64,000 bases of DNA, from sequence record PQ724393.1. The stretch is one strand, 5' to 3'. Of the stretch, positions 61,308 to 64,000 are shown piece after piece (positions within the stretch are counted from its first letter, which is position 1; every line of letters starts with the position of its first letter). The position numbers were made by a program, and so were the translations under genes. The notes below the pieces were generated by a model. The model did not search any database and was not told where the DNA came from. It was given only the letters and a program-made list of their open reading frames with translations. The DNA is from a phage.

Positions 61308-62591
61308 ATGGCAAAGATTAACGAATTACTGCGCGAGTCAACAACTACTTCTAGCAACTCATTGGGTCGCCCTAATCTTGTTGCTTTGACCCGTGCTACA
61401 ACCAAATTGATTTACCGTGATATTATTGCTGAACAACGTACTAGCCAGCCTATTGCTGCATTGTATGGTGTCAAATATCTTACTCCTGATAATGAATTTA
61501 GCTTCCAAACTGGTGCCGTTTATGGTGGTGAAGTTGGTTCTAAAGACCGTGAAACTATCCCGGAACTCACAGATAAGGCCCAGGCTATTGCCAAGGGTGA
61601 ATATTTCAAGTATCAGAACATAGTTTATAAGGCTCTTCAAGCAAGCCCACTCGCATCCACTAGCGCTACAGAATTGGCTGATGCCCTTCAAGAAGGTTTG
61701 GTGTCATTAACATGTCGTCTGGTTCCTGATGCGGCTCACACAGAGAAATTCGAAGCAGGTGATGTTGAAATTAGTAATGCAGTATTCCAGGTTAATAAAT
61801 GGAACGCACCTGTTAAGTCTCGTAAACTTAAGACCGCTTTGACTGTAGAACTAGCCCAAGACATGGAATCCAATGGCTTCGACGCCCCTGCATTCTTAGA
61901 AGACCTCCTGGCTACAGTAATGGCTGATGAGATTAATAAAGACGTTCTGCAGTCTCTAATAACCGTATCTAAACGCTATAAAGTTACCGGTGTATCTGAT
62001 AATGGTATCATGGATTTGACTTATGATAGCGCTCCAGAATCTGCACGTAAACTTTATGAAATTGTTTGTGAGATGAATTCTGAAATCCAGAAAACTACTT
62101 CTTATTCTGGTACGTTTGTTGTGGCTTCAAGTCGTGTAGCTGCAATGCTTGCGGGTTCAGGCTGGTTAAAACATAAACCTGAAGATAATAATTGGCTCCC
62201 AGAAACTGCCTATGGTTATTTGCTGAATGGATTACCTCTGTTCTGTGACGTTAACAGCCCATTGGATTATGTTATCGTCGGTGTTAAAGAGAACTATGGT
62301 GGTAATGAAGTCGTCGGTTCTATTTTCTACGCCCCATACACAGAAGGCCTGGATTTAGATGACCCGGAACACGTCGGTGCTTATAAGGTTATTGTTGACC
62401 CGGATTCATTACAGCCTTCTATTTCTCTGATGGTTCGTTATGCGCTGTCCGCTAACCCGTACACCGTAGCTAAAGACGATAAAGAAGCTCGTGTTATCGA
62501 TGCAACCAATATGGATTTAATGGCTGGTCAGAGTAATATGTCCTATCTGCTCGGTGTTAAACTTCCAGCAATTATTTACGAGGCTGATTAA
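61308..62591 (+). CDS. 24: head vertex protein gp24
   Basis: 427 aa; closely matches T4 gp24 as recalled. Confidence 0.95.
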   Translation: MAKINELLRESTTTSSNSLGRPNLVALTRATTKLIYRDIIAEQRTSQPIAALYGVKYLTPDNEFSFQTGAVYGGEVGSKDRETIPELTDKAQAIAKGEYFKYQNIVYKALQASPLASTSATELADALQEGLVSLTCRLVPDAAHTEKFEAGDVEISNAVFQVNKWNAPVKSRKLKTALTVELAQDMESNGFDAPAFLEDLLATVMADEINKDVLQSLITVSKRYKVTGVSDNGIMDLTYDSAPESARKLYEIVCEMNSEIQKTTSYSGTFVVASSRVAAMLAGSGWLKHKPEDNNWLPETAYGYLLNGLPLFCDVNSPLDYVIVGVKENYGGNEVVGSIFYAPYTEGLDLDDPEHVGAYKVIVDPDSLQPSISLMVRYALSANPYTVAKDDKEARVIDATNMDLMAGQSNMSYLLGVKLPAIIYEAD

Positions 62592-63871
62592 TGTCTAAGA
62601 TTATAGACCTAATTAAAGAATCCACATTGACGGCTGCCAACTCGGTTGGCCGTCCTGCTCTTCTTTCATACACCCAAGCAACTAATAAACGAATCTTTAA
62701 AGCCCTAGTTGCTGAACAAAAAACAAGCCAACCTGTTGCTGCTCTGTACGGGGTTCGTGTACTTAACCCTGATGACAAAATGACTTATCTTGGTGGCGCT
62801 ACATTTGCAGGCCAGATTGGTATGTCGGAACGTGAAAATATTCCTGAATTTACCGATTCGTCTACAGCTTATGCAGCCGGCGATATGTTCCAGTTTGAAA
62901 GTGTAGTGTTTAAAGTTCTAGAAGCATCTCCTTTCGCCGGAACCACGGAAACCGACCTTGGTGAAGTTATTTCTGAAGCAGTGGCAGCCGGGCATATTCG
63001 TATGGTATCAGATGCTGCTATTACTTCTAAATTTGAACAAGGCCATCCCGAAATTGCTGAAGCAGGCTTCCGTATTGACAAATGGCAATCTGAGGTTAAA
63101 TCACGTAAACTGAAAACTTCGTTGACAGTCGAATTAGCCCAAGACCTAGAATCAAACGGATTTAATGCTCCTAATTTCGTTGAAAATCTGCTAGGCATTC
63201 AAATGGCAGAAGAAATTAATAAGGACGTATTACAGTCATTAATTACGGTGAGTTCTCGTTTTAAAGTCCAAGGTGTTTCCGAAAAGGGTGTATTGGACCT
63301 TACTAACCCACGTTACGATAATGCCCAGGACCGTGCTCGTACATTATATTATTACATGTGTGAGATGAACTCTGCCGTCCAACGTCAAACTTCTTTCGCC
63401 GGGACTTATGCAGTAGCTAGTTCTCGTTGTGCTGCTATTCTCGCCGCTTCCGGTTGGGTTGAGAAAAAGGAAGACCAAGACGAACTGGCTTACGGTATAT
63501 TAAAAAATGGCCTGCCTCTTTATGCCGATATGAATAGTCCGTGTGATTATGTTATTGTTGGCGTAAATGCTCAGATGGGTGAAGGACAGACGGTCGCATC
63601 TTTATATTATGCGCCTTATACGGAAGGTTTGAATGTGGTTGACGAAGAAGGTGATACTTCGGTAGGTGAATTTAAGGTTATTGTTGACCCGGAAAGCTTG
63701 CAACCTACAGTAGCATTGCTTGCTCGTTATGCATTGACGGCAAACCCTTATACCGTCGCTAAGGACGATAAAGAAGCCCGCATTATTGATGGTTCTGATA
63801 TGGACAAAATGGCTAATCAAAGTCAATTGAGTTCTTATCTCGGTGTAAAATTACCACCTTTAGAAAAATAA
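62591..63871 (+). CDS. second head vertex protein, divergent gp24 paralog
   Basis: 426 aa; alignable to the first copy along its full length with shared blocks (KSRKLKT..TVELAQD, INKDVLQSLITVS, YAPYTEGL, YTVAKDDKEAR); TAATG overlap. Confidence 0.85.
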   Translation: MSKIIDLIKESTLTAANSVGRPALLSYTQATNKRIFKALVAEQKTSQPVAALYGVRVLNPDDKMTYLGGATFAGQIGMSERENIPEFTDSSTAYAAGDMFQFESVVFKVLEASPFAGTTETDLGEVISEAVAAGHIRMVSDAAITSKFEQGHPEIAEAGFRIDKWQSEVKSRKLKTSLTVELAQDLESNGFNAPNFVENLLGIQMAEEINKDVLQSLITVSSRFKVQGVSEKGVLDLTNPRYDNAQDRARTLYYYMCEMNSAVQRQTSFAGTYAVASSRCAAILAASGWVEKKEDQDELAYGILKNGLPLYADMNSPCDYVIVGVNAQMGEGQTVASLYYAPYTEGLNVVDEEGDTSVGEFKVIVDPESLQPTVALLARYALTANPYTVAKDDKEARIIDGSDMDKMANQSQLSSYLGVKLPPLEK

Positions 63872-63873
63872 AA

Positions 63874-63889
63874 GGGACCGTAAGGTCCC
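63874..63889. terminator. hairpin terminator, likely bidirectional
   Basis: GGGACC-GTAA-GGTCCC followed by T-run on plus and A-run context on minus. Confidence 0.6.
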
Positions 63890-63897
63890 TTTATCAT

Positions 63898-64000
63898 TTA
63901 TTTGGATACTAGTTCAATCCATACTGCTCGTAAGGTATCTTTTACGCACTCAACGAGCTGCTTTTTAACTTCAACAGGATTTTCGGCATCAGTTAATTCT
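63898..64000 (-). CDS. hypothetical protein, 3' end only (gene continues beyond right edge)
   Basis: open minus-strand frame ending at TAA 63900-63898 (...RAVWIELVSK); T4 has rnlB/hoc in this position. Confidence 0.4.
   Translation of the reverse strand, partial: ELTDAENPVEVKKQLVECVKDTLRAVWIELVSK

Overview
This window is a segment of a T4-like (Tevenvirinae-type) myovirus genome, recognised from the translated ORFs and sequence motifs alone; no database search was run. Bases 1-30779 are a minus-strand early/middle region with T4 synteny: nrdC.x-like ORFs, an HNH homing endonuclease (mobD-like), rI-like genes, tk, regB, denV, lysozyme e, nudE, two tRNAs, and genes 57B (Acb1), 57A, 1, 3, 2 and 4. 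Bases 30826-63871 are the plus-strand late structural module in T4 order: 53, 5, 6, 7, 8, 9, 10, 11, 12, wac, 13, 14, 15, 16, 17, 18, 19, 20, 67, 68, 21, 22, 23 and 24. The main departures from the T4 layout are: (1) a 687-aa ORF of unknown function between genes 5 and 6, where T4 has small genes including the PAAR spike tip 5.4; (2) a second, divergent gene-24 paralog in tandem; (3) five tandem small paralogs sharing a C-terminal W-x-S-S-x-x-C motif; (4) four proteins carrying the T4 capsid-targeting sequence, two of them outside the canonical ip loci; (5) a roughly 45-bp intergenic element repeated at least 12 times that places promoter-like motifs inside a hairpin masking the downstream ribosome-binding site; (6) a reduced tRNA cluster. 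Coordinates of CDSs follow the supplied ORF track, with starts adjusted by codon counting where a T4-like N-terminus or RBS indicated an internal start. Promoter and terminator coordinates were read by eye and may be off by 1-2 bp.
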